DNA of 57,530 nucleotides from IMG/VR virus record IMGVR_UViG_3300033066_001794. The stretch is one strand, 5' to 3'. Within the stretch, counting starts at the first letter, position 1, and each line of letters starts with the position of its first letter. A model generated the notes under the pieces. The model was not told the origin of the DNA. It saw only the letters and a list, made by a program, of their open reading frames with translations, and made no database searches. The position numbers and the translations under genes are program-made. Positions 44,909-56,042 of the stretch are shown here, one piece after another. The stretch is from an uncultured virus (IMG/VR IMGVR_UViG_3300033066_001794). Lineage: Duplodnaviria; Heunggongvirae; Uroviricota; Caudoviricetes.

Positions 44909-47900
44909 TTACTGATTTTCAATCAATTTAATGTATTTTTCTGCCACTTGCTCCATAGATAAATCAAGGTTCTCTCCATTTGATTCAAAGCTCATTACAG
45001 CAGTACTTTTGTAGTATTTTAAGAAATCAACTAAGTCTTTTAATCTGCTATCATGATTATCCTGATTAGATTGGTTGTATCCCGCAATGAAATATCTTGC
45101 TACCAACTTTTCTGTTTCATCATCCCAAACAGGAAGATTTATCCCACGAACAACTTGTGTTTTAGCATATGAAATGGCTAAATCTTTTATTTTTTCTTGT
45201 GTGGTTTCCATTAATTATTTTTCTAATGTAATAATTATAAGTCCTCTTAATTCTACTTTTTCGTAATCACTGTTTGTTTTTAAGCTTACACTAACAGACT
45301 CAGCCACCATAAACTTAACCTTCCATCCTAATTTATTGTATTTAGCCATAAGTTCAGGAACTTTAGAAGCACTACATGAAGTAGTTAATTCTTGTTTAGG
45401 TTTTTCTTTTACAGATGTAGCTGCTATAGCTAATAATATTCCTAGTGTAACTATTAATGTTTGTATTGTTCTTGTTTTCATTTATTATTTTTAGTTTTTT
45501 TCTTAATTATTTTTTTCTTTACTTCCTTAACATAATTTCAAATCTCCAAAATAGAAAAATGAATTTAATTTTTATAACACGCTGATATGTGTTTTCCCTT
45601 TCCCCTGTTGGATAATATTTTTCATATTTAAAACTACTCGGAATTAAAACGCAATTATCATGTAAGGTTTTAATATCCACATAACTATCCGAAATATATA
45701 TTAATGAATATCTCATCTGATTAATTTTAAAACTCTAATAAAATCATCTTTAGAGTATATAATTCCGTTGAAACCTGTTCTAGTGCCTCCATCTAATTTT
45801 AACCCAATTGCTATGTTCGAATCAAGCTTATCTCCTGAATAAGATAGCCCTATACCACCTCTATTGAACTCTAAGGTTACATATCCATTTGGCTTTATGC
45901 TTTCAGCGTATCCATACTTACCATCATCTTTTTTTAATTTGAAATTATTCTCTTTAAGAAAATCTTTATCAAACCATTGTTTGTCCTGTAAATCCATTTT
46001 TTTAATTAATTAAATTTTCTAATACATAAATTAAAGCCGCTTCTGTTGTTTCAAATGTAGAATTAAATTCACCCCCTTGTTTTTTGAAACCAATACCCAT
46101 TACTGAATTATCTTCTCTATCCTCTGATAGTATTTGAAATGAGTAATAAATTTTATCCATTTCAGTTCTGCATGGTAATGGAGAGCAGATGTGTATTCCG
46201 AAATTAACACGTATCCATTCTATTGCTAAAGCATGGCTTATTTCTATAATAGGATATTTCCTTTCATCGTAAAAACTACTTAGAATAGATATTCTATTTT
46301 TTCCATCCAATGAATAGGCTACTACGCCATGATTACATCTACATCCTTTTTCTCTTAAAAGTTTACTAACTTCATAAGAGCAATAGTATTCTGATATTTC
46401 GTTATTTATTTCCATGATTTTTTATTTACCATTAATTATTTTATAAACCTCTTTCACTAAGAAGTCATGCTCTTCTCTACCTTCTCTTGAAGAATATGGT
46501 TTGTATCCCCCACTACCCCATTCACTAAAGCATCTTATTGGTTTTTGACCATGATTAAGCATATCTGCACAATTGAGAAGCTGATAGGCATCAGGGGACG
46601 TGTATTTATCTTCTCCACTATAAGGTTTAAAATTAGGATTTATGGCTGCATATCTAAGTATGAAGTCATGTATCCTTTTTGCTAAAGTTTTCATTTCTGA
46701 TTGTTCCATTTTAATCTTCTTCAATTGGATTAGGAATCATTAATTTTGCCACAATATCCTCAATAGGAGTACTTTTGTCAATTTCATTACATTGACTCCA
46801 TTTGTTAAATTCATTAAATCTGTCCCATAGAATGTTTTTACACCCATTAGAATATCCCATGAAGTCATTATCAAAAGAACTGAATCCAATCTTTTTACCA
46901 TGCCCATAAGCAATGGCAATATCACCTTGAATCTCACTATCAATAAAATCTGTTTTGCCTGTATATGCTATTGCTGTGTTAAGCATATTGCTTAAAAAAG
47001 ATTCATTCTTTTCAACACGAACAATGAATCCGTTTTTTCTTAATGCTTCGGTTAATTTTTGAGAAAACTCACAATTAGTGAATTGGTTCGAATAGTGTGG
47101 GTCGTTAATCTCAAACTTCAAATCCAATTTGTTTTCTTTTTTCACCTTAAATTTGAATGATGGACTAAATTTCTTTTTTGGATAATAAAAGCTTGATTGA
47201 AAGTCAACTATTGTACCAACAGGAATATTTCTACACTTTAGAACCTTTCTGATACAAGCTTTAAGGCTAATGTCTTTCCATCTTGTCCAATGTAAAAAGC
47301 AATTACCATAATAATTATGATTTGAATCAACAAATCTAATATCGGTGTAGTAACAAGCCTCTCCATTATATAGTTTTTTCTTTTCTTCTTCTTTATTGTA
47401 AACAAAGTTATGAGATATACAATAAGATAAATCCCCTTTTATTTCAATAGAGTTAAAATCATTTGACCTAAAATTCTTTGGGGCTTCATGCCCTAATTTT
47501 TCTATTTGTTTAGGAGTTTTCATTTTTTATATTTTAAACGATTGCTTTTATTAATGCATCTGCTTGTTCAATTGTATATATTGGTTTAGGTATCATAATA
47601 ATATTCCATTTATTGTATACTCCTGATGGTTGTCTTTTACCACTTTCATTAAAAACACCTATACTGAAGTGTTTAAGATTATCCGAATATAAAAGGCAAT
47701 GTATTTGTGATATTTTCATTGCACAATCATAATCTTTATCACTTTCGTAATATTTACTAAACCCATTTTTAAGTAGGTATGAACTTATGATATTGTTACT
47801 TGCCTCCATTAACATTATAATTTAATTCTCTATCATCTCTTAAACTAAACTCTTTCTGAGAGTATGATAACCCATTTTCTCTTATTGTTAACACGCCTTT

Positions 47901-49752
47901 AAAATAAGAACCGAAATAAGCACTTGTTTGAGTACCCAAAATATGTCCTCTTTTTAATTCACCGCTGTTATCTTCTTTCTTAATAGGAAGAACTATGCTC
48001 CAATCTTTCATGACTTCGTCAATATCCTTACCGCCCTTTATTTCTTCAAGTATTTTCATCATTGAATTAGCTGTGCAGATTAGTTTTCTTTCTAAATTAT
48101 CGTTTTCAGATTTAATCTCTAATGCTCTTTCTAATTTTTCAGATATTTCCAAAGCCTCTTCATGAGTTAATACAATAGATGATGTCTTAACTAAGTTTGC
48201 TATTTTTGATGCGGTGGTGTCGTTATAACTTCTTCTTATTTGTAAGTTTTGCATTTTGTTTATTTTAAGGATTAAAAATCTTTAATAGTATCACCAATTA
48301 ACGAATCAACAACTACTTTTTTCAAATCAGGACTATTAACTTCACTAAATAGTTTTTCTGCAAAAAGAGAAGCGTTTATTGTTGATGTATGTTTCCATCC
48401 ATCATCAATCATTTTAGCATGCTCATTTTTACCATGACTCATATCAAGTGCTTTTATTTTACCTTCCTTGAAGTAAATGAATAATATAGCTTCCATTATT
48501 TTGATTTATTTAAAAACTCCTTTATTTTTAACGTACATTTCTTGAACAAGTATTCCATTTGACAATCGAAATTGACCACTTCCATTATAATATTCTATTA
48601 TTTCAAGAGTATCGTCCATGTAAATAGTATGTTTGCCAAGATATGAATGACCCTCTCTTTCTGAAAGACATTCAACGCAAGAGTATAACAATAAAGTTAG
48701 AATTATAATAATTGCTTTTTTCATGCTTTTGATTTGATGGCTTTTATAATTATTTATCATCAGCTTCTATATGGATTATGATACCATTTTCAATATCTGA
48801 TTCAGGAGTTTCAAATTCTTCACGATAAAATAAATCATGATTAACTTTAACCGAAAATTCTTTCTCAATCAACTCAATAATTTTTTCTCCAAATTGATTA
48901 TATAAAGCTTCTGCTTTTTTATCAAATTCAGTATCTTCTAAAACCTCTTTTGCTACATCGTCAGGTAACTCAATGTATGGAGTATTTACGTACTCTTCAG
49001 GTGGATTAAGGAAAGGAGATTTTTCCATTGCTAGTCCTGCTGCTTCGTTACTAATGTTGTTCAGATTTACAAACTCTTCTGATACCTCTACTACTTTTTC
49101 TACACCATTGAAGATGATTCTTGCTTTGTTTTTCATTTTATTTGTTTTTTTTAGTTTAATAATTTAGTTTCTTTTGAGATTAATAGGTCTAGTTTATCCC
49201 CATCTAAATCGGTTAAGTATTCGTTTAGACTATCCGAAAGTTTTTTAAAGTTCATTTCTACCTTGCTTAGAAAGTCTTCACGCTCTTGAATCCAATCCAT
49301 TATTTTATTTCTTTTCGGCAATAAGTTTAATATTCAGGATATTCACCATTAATTAGCGATTGTTTACATTCCTCTATCGTGGTATCACCAATAATATATT
49401 CAAAATATAGATGTAGTTCGTCTTTTTTATGCCAATGCCTATGGTATAAAATAAAAACATGTTCTTCACCTAAGAAATCTATTAACTCATCACCTATTTC
49501 CGCATTAGAATTAAAGCAACAGCCATTTATAGAATCTAATATTTTAAGAGATTGGGCAAACTCTACATCTATCTCAATATGATTTTCTAAAACAATCTCA
49601 ATATTTTTACCATTTGAATGAAAATCTCTAAGTAATGGATAATCCTTTAATTTTGTAAATGATGTTATGTAATCCGAACATGTATCCCCAACAGATACAT
49701 CATCCCTGTAATAAAAGAATAATCTAGCCTTTTTATTGTTTTGTTTTGTCAT
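44909..49752 (-). CDS. Run of hypothetical genes (44909-45211, 45215-45481, 45519-45716, 45713-45997, 46422-46724, 46711-47523, 47534-47815, 47796-48254, 48272-48496, 48506-48760, 48750-49136, 49327-49752)
   Basis: Tiled ORFs; 48506-48760 has a LYSC lipobox. Confidence 0.65.
46002..46415 (-). CDS. Same family as 42087/42491, copy 3
   Basis: YCSYEVSKLLREKG...HALAIEWIR...EAALIYVLENLI. Confidence 0.6.
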   Translation of the reverse strand: MEINNEISEYYCSYEVSKLLREKGCRCNHGVVAYSLDGKNRISILSSFYDERKYPIIEISHALAIEWIRVNFGIHICSPLPCRTEMDKIYYSFQILSEDREDNSVMGIGFKKQGGEFNSTFETTEAALIYVLENLIN

Positions 49753-49759
49753 GAAATAG

Positions 49760-49815
49760 TATTTGACCGATACAAATATAGTAACAAAATTGTAACTAAT
49801 AACAATTGTTGATAA
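49760..49815 (-). promoter_or_regulatory. Minus-strand promoter module
   Basis: TTATCAACA (49815-49807), N26, TATATTTG (49780-49773), N4, GGTCAAATA (49768-49760). Confidence 0.75.
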
Positions 49816-49845
49816 ATAAATTCTACTAAAAATAATTACATTGAT

Positions 49846-49899
49846 AATCAGTTAGTTACACGCTTACTTACTTACTTACTTACTTACTTACTATATTTG
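49846..49899 (+). promoter_or_regulatory. Promoter: IHF-like site, microsatellite spacer, -7 box
   Basis: AATCAGTTAGTTA (49846-49858); TATATTTG (49892-49899). Confidence 0.7.
49863..49890 (+). repeat. (CTTA)7 microsatellite
   Basis: Seven perfect units counted directly. Confidence 0.98.
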
Positions 49900-49942
49900 C
49901 ATTATAAACAGCAAAAATTAACAACTTAAAAAAAACAGCAAA

Positions 49943-50272
49943 ATGGAAAAAAAATTAAAAAAATCTATGCGTGAGAGAATGTCAAAAATAGTAAAAGAAT
50001 GTAATAAAGAAATGGACAAATGTTTTGACCAATATCAAGTAAAAGCAGATAAGATAATAGTAAAAGCATCAAAGCTTTCAATAAAAGAAGTGGAAAAATA
50101 CGAAAAAACCCTTGATGGTAAAAAATTACAAGCGTTCAGAAAAGAACTAAACAATAATCCTCATTATAATGAAATGAAATCAAATTTAGCTGAGATATTA
50201 AAGCGCAATGAAACTAAAACAAATAAAAAGATTTCAATGAAGAAAAAAGCGTCAGCCAATAAAACAAAATAA
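49943..50272 (+). CDS. Lys-rich helical hypothetical protein
   Basis: 109-aa ORF with A-rich leader after the SSR promoter. Confidence 0.65.
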   Translation: MEKKLKKSMRERMSKIVKECNKEMDKCFDQYQVKADKIIVKASKLSIKEVEKYEKTLDGKKLQAFRKELNNNPHYNEMKSNLAEILKRNETKTNKKISMKKKASANKTK

Positions 50273-50278
50273 TAAAAA

Positions 50279-50551
50279 ATGGAAACAAAAGATTGTAAAG
50301 AAACAATGATTAGATTATTATTATGTAGGAAATGCGATGGACAAATAATGAGTAGTCGTGATGTTAATACTCGTGAAATAATATATTTAATAGAAGGTGA
50401 GTTGAAAAAGGTTGAACATAAATGCGAAGTTTTAAATTTAACAAATGAGGAATTTAGTGAATTTACAACTCCGTCAAAAGAAAATTTTTCTTGTAAATGC
50501 AAATGCACATTTGATATTCATAAATACACGCAGGAATATTATAAATCTTAA
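50279..50551 (+). CDS. Small Cys-rich protein
   Basis: CRKC...HKC...CKCKC. Confidence 0.6.
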   Translation: METKDCKETMIRLLLCRKCDGQIMSSRDVNTREIIYLIEGELKKVEHKCEVLNLTNEEFSEFTTPSKENFSCKCKCTFDIHKYTQEYYKS

Positions 50552-50561
50552 ATTTAAAAAA

Positions 50562-50993
50562 ATGGAACTAACAAACTACAACAAACTTGACGAATCAGTA
50601 ACTCAAAATTACTCTAATGCGGTCGACCCTGTAACAGCAATAGCAGAAGGTGTTGGTAAAACAGCAGAGGCTATGGGTAAGGCAAAGGATGCCAATGCAA
50701 GAAAGGCTGAAACTGAATCAAGAGTAGGTTGTGTTAAACCATCTATATTTGCGGGTAAGAAAAAGAAACGTGCTTATCAAGATTGTTTGAATCAATATAA
50801 ACAAACCACTTCCAATGATAAGTCTTTGGATAGAGAATTGGAACTACAAAAGTTGAGAATGAAAAATGACACTCAAAGAACTAAACAACCTAGTGATTCA
50901 GGAGTAAGCAATAAAACACTATTTATAGTTGGAGGTGTTATTCTATTTGCATTGGTTACTACAATAGGTGTAGTGGTTTATAAAAACAAATAG
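50562..50993 (+). CDS. C-terminally anchored membrane protein
   Basis: Start at MELTNY (50562); DPVTAIAEGVGK amphipathic helix; C-terminal TM plus YKNK. Confidence 0.7.
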   Translation: MELTNYNKLDESVTQNYSNAVDPVTAIAEGVGKTAEAMGKAKDANARKAETESRVGCVKPSIFAGKKKKRAYQDCLNQYKQTTSNDKSLDRELELQKLRMKNDTQRTKQPSDSGVSNKTLFIVGGVILFALVTTIGVVVYKNK

Positions 50994-51045
50994 CACTTAA
51001 AGTAACAATTAGTTCTAATTTTGTTACACATATTATATAATTGAC

Positions 51046-51131
<86 letters not shown>

Positions 51132-51154
51132 TTTAAAATATAAAAAAACATAAA

Positions 51155-51571
51155 ATGGAAAATCAAATTGAGTTAACAAATTTCAGTTCATTAGACGGAA
51201 GTATCCAAAACGTATTTGGAGTTAAAGATATATTAAAGCCACATATATCAGTTATTGCAGACCCTATTATAAGTTTAGCTGACGTTCCTTTTTCAGGAGG
51301 ATTAGGATTTGGCGGTAGGAATGTATTTATAAAACGAATGAATAATTTAGGTTATTCTTCTATTGCTGTTCCGATAGCTAATTATATTGATGCGAAAAAT
51401 CCCGCAGGAATAACAGGAAACGCAAGGTTTATGAAAAAACAATTAGATAATTTAGGTTATTCTAATTTAGTTAACCCTATTGTTTGGTTTGTAGATGGGT
51501 ATAATCAAAAAACGGCTATACAACGTAAAATGGCGAAATTAGCCTTTAAGAAAAGGCTTGATAACATGTAG
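51155..51571 (+). CDS. Hypothetical protein with internal ~33-aa repeat
   Basis: FIKRMNNLGYSSIAVPIANYIDA / FMKKQLDNLGYSNLVNPIVWFVDG / FKKRLDNM. Confidence 0.7.
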   Translation: MENQIELTNFSSLDGSIQNVFGVKDILKPHISVIADPIISLADVPFSGGLGFGGRNVFIKRMNNLGYSSIAVPIANYIDAKNPAGITGNARFMKKQLDNLGYSNLVNPIVWFVDGYNQKTAIQRKMAKLAFKKRLDNM

Positions 51572-51650
51572 TTACATTTTATTAAAACACTTTTTTTCAT
51601 ATACCCAAATTTTAACAATTATAGGGGTACATGAATTGGAATAAATAATA

Positions 51651-51725
51651 TAAATTTGTAGTGTCTAATAGAGTAAAAAAAACTTAATTGTTTTTGGAGT
51701 GTGTTTAATTATTCACTCTTTTTTT
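51651..51725 (+). ncRNA. Candidate small RNA unit 1 (promoter to terminator)
   Basis: TAAATTTG (51651-51658); hairpin GGAGTG/CACTCT (51696-51719) plus T-run. Confidence 0.4.
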
Positions 51726-51789
51726 GTTTAATTTGAAACTACATAAAAATTCATTGTTTATTTATGTAGTTTTGTTTACACAAAAAATG

Positions 51790-51874
51790 TATCTTTGAAA
51801 TCTCAAATGTCCTATATTAAAATAAAATGCATCATGCGTTTTCGAGTTCAGGTTTAATCGCCTGAACTTTTTTT
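51790..51874 (+). ncRNA. Candidate small RNA unit 2 (promoter to terminator)
   Basis: TATCTTTG (51790-51797); hairpin AAAATGCA-TCA-TGCGTTTT (51824-51842); terminator follows. Confidence 0.5.
51845..51874 (+). terminator. Intrinsic terminator
   Basis: AGTTCAGGT-TTAATC-GCCTGAACT plus T-run. Confidence 0.8.
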
Positions 51875-51988
51875 ATTAGTTACAGTAACATTGTCGGTAA
51901 CAGAAACCGCACAAAGTTACCTTGCATAAATAAATTAAAATGGAAAATGCCTCCGTAAGTGTTACGGATTAAGGATAAAACGTAACTA

Positions 51989-52899
51989 TTAGATACTTTT
52001 TAGGTATTCGCAATACTCATCAATAAACTTATGATAAGATAGATTTAATCCATTCAGTATTTTCTTTACTGTTGCAATAGACATTTGATGACCTGAATTC
52101 CATGTTCCAATAAGCCCATTTTTTTCTTCCATAGAAATATCAAATCCATAAATATCTGTCTTTGCACAATTATTTCTGATGATAAAATCCGTGAAGAATT
52201 CAGTTAAAACTGTATGGAAACTGCCTAAATTTTCGTTGTATTTCATATAATTATCATATTCTTCTTGTGTACATCCAATAGTAACAGCATAAATATGTAG
52301 TTTATTTTCGTCATCAATATGACTAACTGTTGTTGCAATTATAGGCATAATTTTATGGTTTTAAGGTTAAATTCTTACTTTTTATACATTCTATAATACT
52401 TCTGCCTACAAGAATTCTTGCAGAACTGTTTATTTTTCCTTCTTTAGTATTTCCAATTCATTTATTATTACATGCCTCAACTTCATGTTATGGGATATAC
52501 GTTTGCAAAGCTTTTCTTTTTCTTTAGTTGTAGCTATAATTTGACCATGATGATGTTTAATTTTCTTTCCACATTGGGTAATTCGCTTCATTATTTCATT
52601 TTCAAGTTCATGTAACTCATGTAACTTGGCGAGTTTTCTTTTTATTTCAGGATTTTCCATAGTTATTCGATTTTTTTATTTGGTTTAATGAGTATATAAT
52701 GAAATAAGTTTTTATCTGTAACACATTTTTTTACTACACTATAAACATGCCCTACAGAATCATCTATTTTTCTCATAAGTTCGAATGTCTTTACAAAATT
52801 AGCACTAAAGCCATCAGTTATTTTGACTTCAAAAGTATCATTTACCTCCGTACAGGTTTCAACTTTACCATACTCTTTTAAATATTCTATTTTTATCAT
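51989..52899 (-). CDS. Three hypothetical genes (51989-52348, 52430-52660, 52663-52899)
   Basis: Tiled ORFs. Confidence 0.65.
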
Positions 52900-52913
52900 G
52901 TTTTATAAGTCAT

Positions 52914-53462
52914 TTATTGTTCATTTTTAACTTCATTTATCTTTTTATAATAAGGTATTTCGATGCCATTCTCGTCTGTGCAAAAAATTAATTTATATTT
53001 ATTTTTATCGGAATCTTCTATTATTTTATTATGTGGCATAAAATAAGACCTAGAAATAACATTATTTTTTTCACACCATTTCATTCCGTCTATTTGTTCC
53101 TCAATTGTTTTTTCAATATGAACTACATTTTCAAACGTCCAAGTTCGTTTTTCGGGAACTATTCTATATTCTATACCATCACGTATAATTCTATCCCAAT
53201 CTGAGTATTTATCTTTAAATGATGGCACAGGCATCCAATACGTTACTTTGTAACCATGCATTTGAGTTTCCATAGTGTCACAGCCATGAAACCAATAAAT
53301 ATCATCATATAGCCTAGCTATATTTACTATTCTATCGTCATTTTCAATAGACTCCATAATAACCAAAACATTTTCAGATTTAGTTCGTTCAGTAGTACTA
53401 TTTTCATAATATACATTTATTTTACATTCAGGCAATCTTGTTTCAACTGAAATCCATTCCAT
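52914..53462 (-). CDS. DUF551-like N-terminal domain protein
   Basis: MEWISVETRLP...VTYWMPVP; start moved to 53462 because a -7 box lies at 53488-53481. Confidence 0.65.
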   Translation of the reverse strand: MEWISVETRLPECKINVYYENSTTERTKSENVLVIMESIENDDRIVNIARLYDDIYWFHGCDTMETQMHGYKVTYWMPVPSFKDKYSDWDRIIRDGIEYRIVPEKRTWTFENVVHIEKTIEEQIDGMKWCEKNNVISRSYFMPHNKIIEDSDKNKYKLIFCTDENGIEIPYYKKINEVKNEQ

Positions 53463-53480
53463 ATAATTTATTTTAGAATT

Positions 53481-53527
53481 CAAATATACGATTTTTTTGT
53501 AATAGTGCAACATATTTATTTGTTGCA
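53481..53527 (-). promoter_or_regulatory. Promoter with palindromic operator-like site
   Basis: TATATTTG (53488-53481); TGCAACA-N8-TGTTGCA (53506-53527). Confidence 0.6.
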
Positions 53528-53568
53528 ACGTGCTTCTCTACATTCACAATTATTTTCAAACTTTTTCA

Positions 53569-56037
53569 TTAGTAAAGTTGTTTTTTTTGTCTAAAAATAT
53601 TACTCATGAAATCTATAATTTGTATCGATAATTGTTCTTTTTTGTTTTGAATGAACAATGAACTATTTTTTATAAAAATTTTACGAAATAGTCTATGGTC
53701 TGTAATTGATTTACCCCTCACATTAAAATATCTTTTAGCTATCTCAATATTTTTTTGACCTATAACATTCTTAAACTCAGCGTAAATTATTTCGTTATTA
53801 AGTATTTCCCTGTTGAATATAACAGAAAAAGCTCTATCTACTAATATAGTAGTATAGAATCTACTACTTCTACTAAGTAATATTAAATCTTCCTGTGTAA
53901 TAAAATACTTTTCGTACATATCACGGTCATCTTTTTGTTTTTCAATATAAAAAAATAACTCTTTTTCGTTTATTGGTATTTCAGTTCTATTTTTTGGTAA
54001 TATGTTAGATAGATGTATTTCATTAATTTTTTCGGGAAAAATAAATGAGAATTCTTTTAAAAAATTAATAAAATATTCCTGCTCTATTTCACTAAAACTA
54101 CCCCAACTTAATTCATGTTGTTCCTTTTCTTTGTTTAAATTAATATATTCCGCTGTGTTTGTAAATTTTATATTAAAAACACTACTCACATTATCAATAA
54201 AATCATCTCCACTTCGATTATCTAAATATTTTTTTGTATTCTCAATTAATACATCATCCAATATTTTTTTAAACCTATTTAACTGAATATTATCATAATC
54301 ATTATCCCTTGAAGTTTCCATTAAAGATGAACCTAATTTATTCAACACAAATTGTTTATAGCCATCTGAAGGATACAAACTAGACAACTCTCCATCCTTA
54401 CTTACTACTATGATATTTTCATGAAATAAAATATACTGAACGTTTTGAAAAAAAACATTATCAACCTGCTCTTTAAATAAATAACTTAATAGATTTTTGC
54501 ATCCAATATTATTTACATTAGATAAAACAATGCTAGACGTTATTTCAAATAAATTATTGTTACTATTGTCACTATTCCAAGCGTACTCTTCTTTACAAAA
54601 TTCAACAATAAAATTATTATTATTTTTTAAAGTAATAAACTTATCAGAATACATAATATTACCATTAGCGTCATATTCATATTCCCTTTTTTTTCTTATT
54701 ATTTTTGGAACTAAATCATCTTCTCCTTTTATTTTATAAAGTGGAGTTTTTGGATACAAATGTTTTAAGAATTTTTCAATTAATTTATTATCGAAATTAT
54801 ACTCTAATTTAATTTTACCATCTAATTTATTCAAAATCTTAGATTGTTTTAAATACTCATGAAATTTAGGATGTAAGTCTTTTAGATTAAGGTTAGAATT
54901 ATTATCCATCCATAGCTTCAACTCGTGTAAACAAACTATGTTACGGCATGTGTTTGATATTTGTTCATGATTAAAGGATGGTAATTCCCTTTTCATGTTA
55001 TAAATAATATCTTCTCTACACCTGTTTATGAATATTATTAGATTAAAAAAATTATGACTTATTATATTATCATGTTCGCTATCATCTAATATCTGAGCTA
55101 TAAATTTATTACTAAAACATTCCGTATAGTTTAAAAACCTTTCTTTGTTTTTATTGATTAACTTAAATTCATTTTTACAGTTATCTAAAGCGTCACAAAG
55201 TAATGGGTGTATTTTATGTTTTGTATTTACTATTTCTTTGATGGTAGAGTAATTAATTATCTCGTCTACATTTAAAGAAATTGTAAATATTTTATCTATT
55301 TCTGAAGTAGATAGTTTTGGAAACAAATTATTAAGTATTATAATGTATATTTCCTTGTAAATAATTGATGGGTCTGTTTTTTTTAGTTTCCCCGACATTA
55401 AATTATTAAACTGAGAACAAAATTCTATTTGACATTGAATTGATTTTACATAATGCCTTGTAATCCTTGATTTAAAAGTTTTATCTTTATTTATCACGCA
55501 GGATACAATAGAATCAAAAAATGGTGATGTATTATGCAATATATTCTTTATTTGTCTAAAAACGGAGTTTCTATATGTATCTAACTCGTCACGAAATATT
55601 TTATCAAATAGTTGCAAGTTGTTAATTATATTGTTTGCGTATTTACCTGACCTACTCATTTCAATGTCAGAGTTAGGACTTAGTTGAAGTTTAAGAAAAT
55701 TATTTATTTTCTCTGAATATGGTACTTTAATACTTGTTATTATATTACTTGTTCTGTGATATTTGAATATAACACCGTCTAGTTTAAATTCGGGAACAAA
55801 TCTTAAATCTATATTTTTTGGTAAATCATCAATTAAACTAAGTGAAAGGAATGTTTTAGGAGACACTATGAAATTATCATTTTCTTTTCTATGTTTTTTA
55901 AGTATATTAGCTGATTTATTAATGTCAATGCTTTCTCTAATGTAAATCTCTAAGTTATCTCTATTGTTTTGTATTATATGATTAGCACCTTCTGTTAGGT
56001 AGTCATAGAACTCTTTATAAATGGACTTATCTATCAT
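53569..56037 (-). CDS. Large hypothetical protein (822 aa)
   Basis: Long ORF, Asn/Ile/Lys-rich, no motif recognised. Confidence 0.8.
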   Translation of the reverse strand: MIDKSIYKEFYDYLTEGANHIIQNNRDNLEIYIRESIDINKSANILKKHRKENDNFIVSPKTFLSLSLIDDLPKNIDLRFVPEFKLDGVIFKYHRTSNIITSIKVPYSEKINNFLKLQLSPNSDIEMSRSGKYANNIINNLQLFDKIFRDELDTYRNSVFRQIKNILHNTSPFFDSIVSCVINKDKTFKSRITRHYVKSIQCQIEFCSQFNNLMSGKLKKTDPSIIYKEIYIIILNNLFPKLSTSEIDKIFTISLNVDEIINYSTIKEIVNTKHKIHPLLCDALDNCKNEFKLINKNKERFLNYTECFSNKFIAQILDDSEHDNIISHNFFNLIIFINRCREDIIYNMKRELPSFNHEQISNTCRNIVCLHELKLWMDNNSNLNLKDLHPKFHEYLKQSKILNKLDGKIKLEYNFDNKLIEKFLKHLYPKTPLYKIKGEDDLVPKIIRKKREYEYDANGNIMYSDKFITLKNNNNFIVEFCKEEYAWNSDNSNNNLFEITSSIVLSNVNNIGCKNLLSYLFKEQVDNVFFQNVQYILFHENIIVVSKDGELSSLYPSDGYKQFVLNKLGSSLMETSRDNDYDNIQLNRFKKILDDVLIENTKKYLDNRSGDDFIDNVSSVFNIKFTNTAEYINLNKEKEQHELSWGSFSEIEQEYFINFLKEFSFIFPEKINEIHLSNILPKNRTEIPINEKELFFYIEKQKDDRDMYEKYFITQEDLILLSRSSRFYTTILVDRAFSVIFNREILNNEIIYAEFKNVIGQKNIEIAKRYFNVRGKSITDHRLFRKIFIKNSSLFIQNKKEQLSIQIIDFMSNIFRQKKQLY

Positions 56038-56042
56038 TTTAA

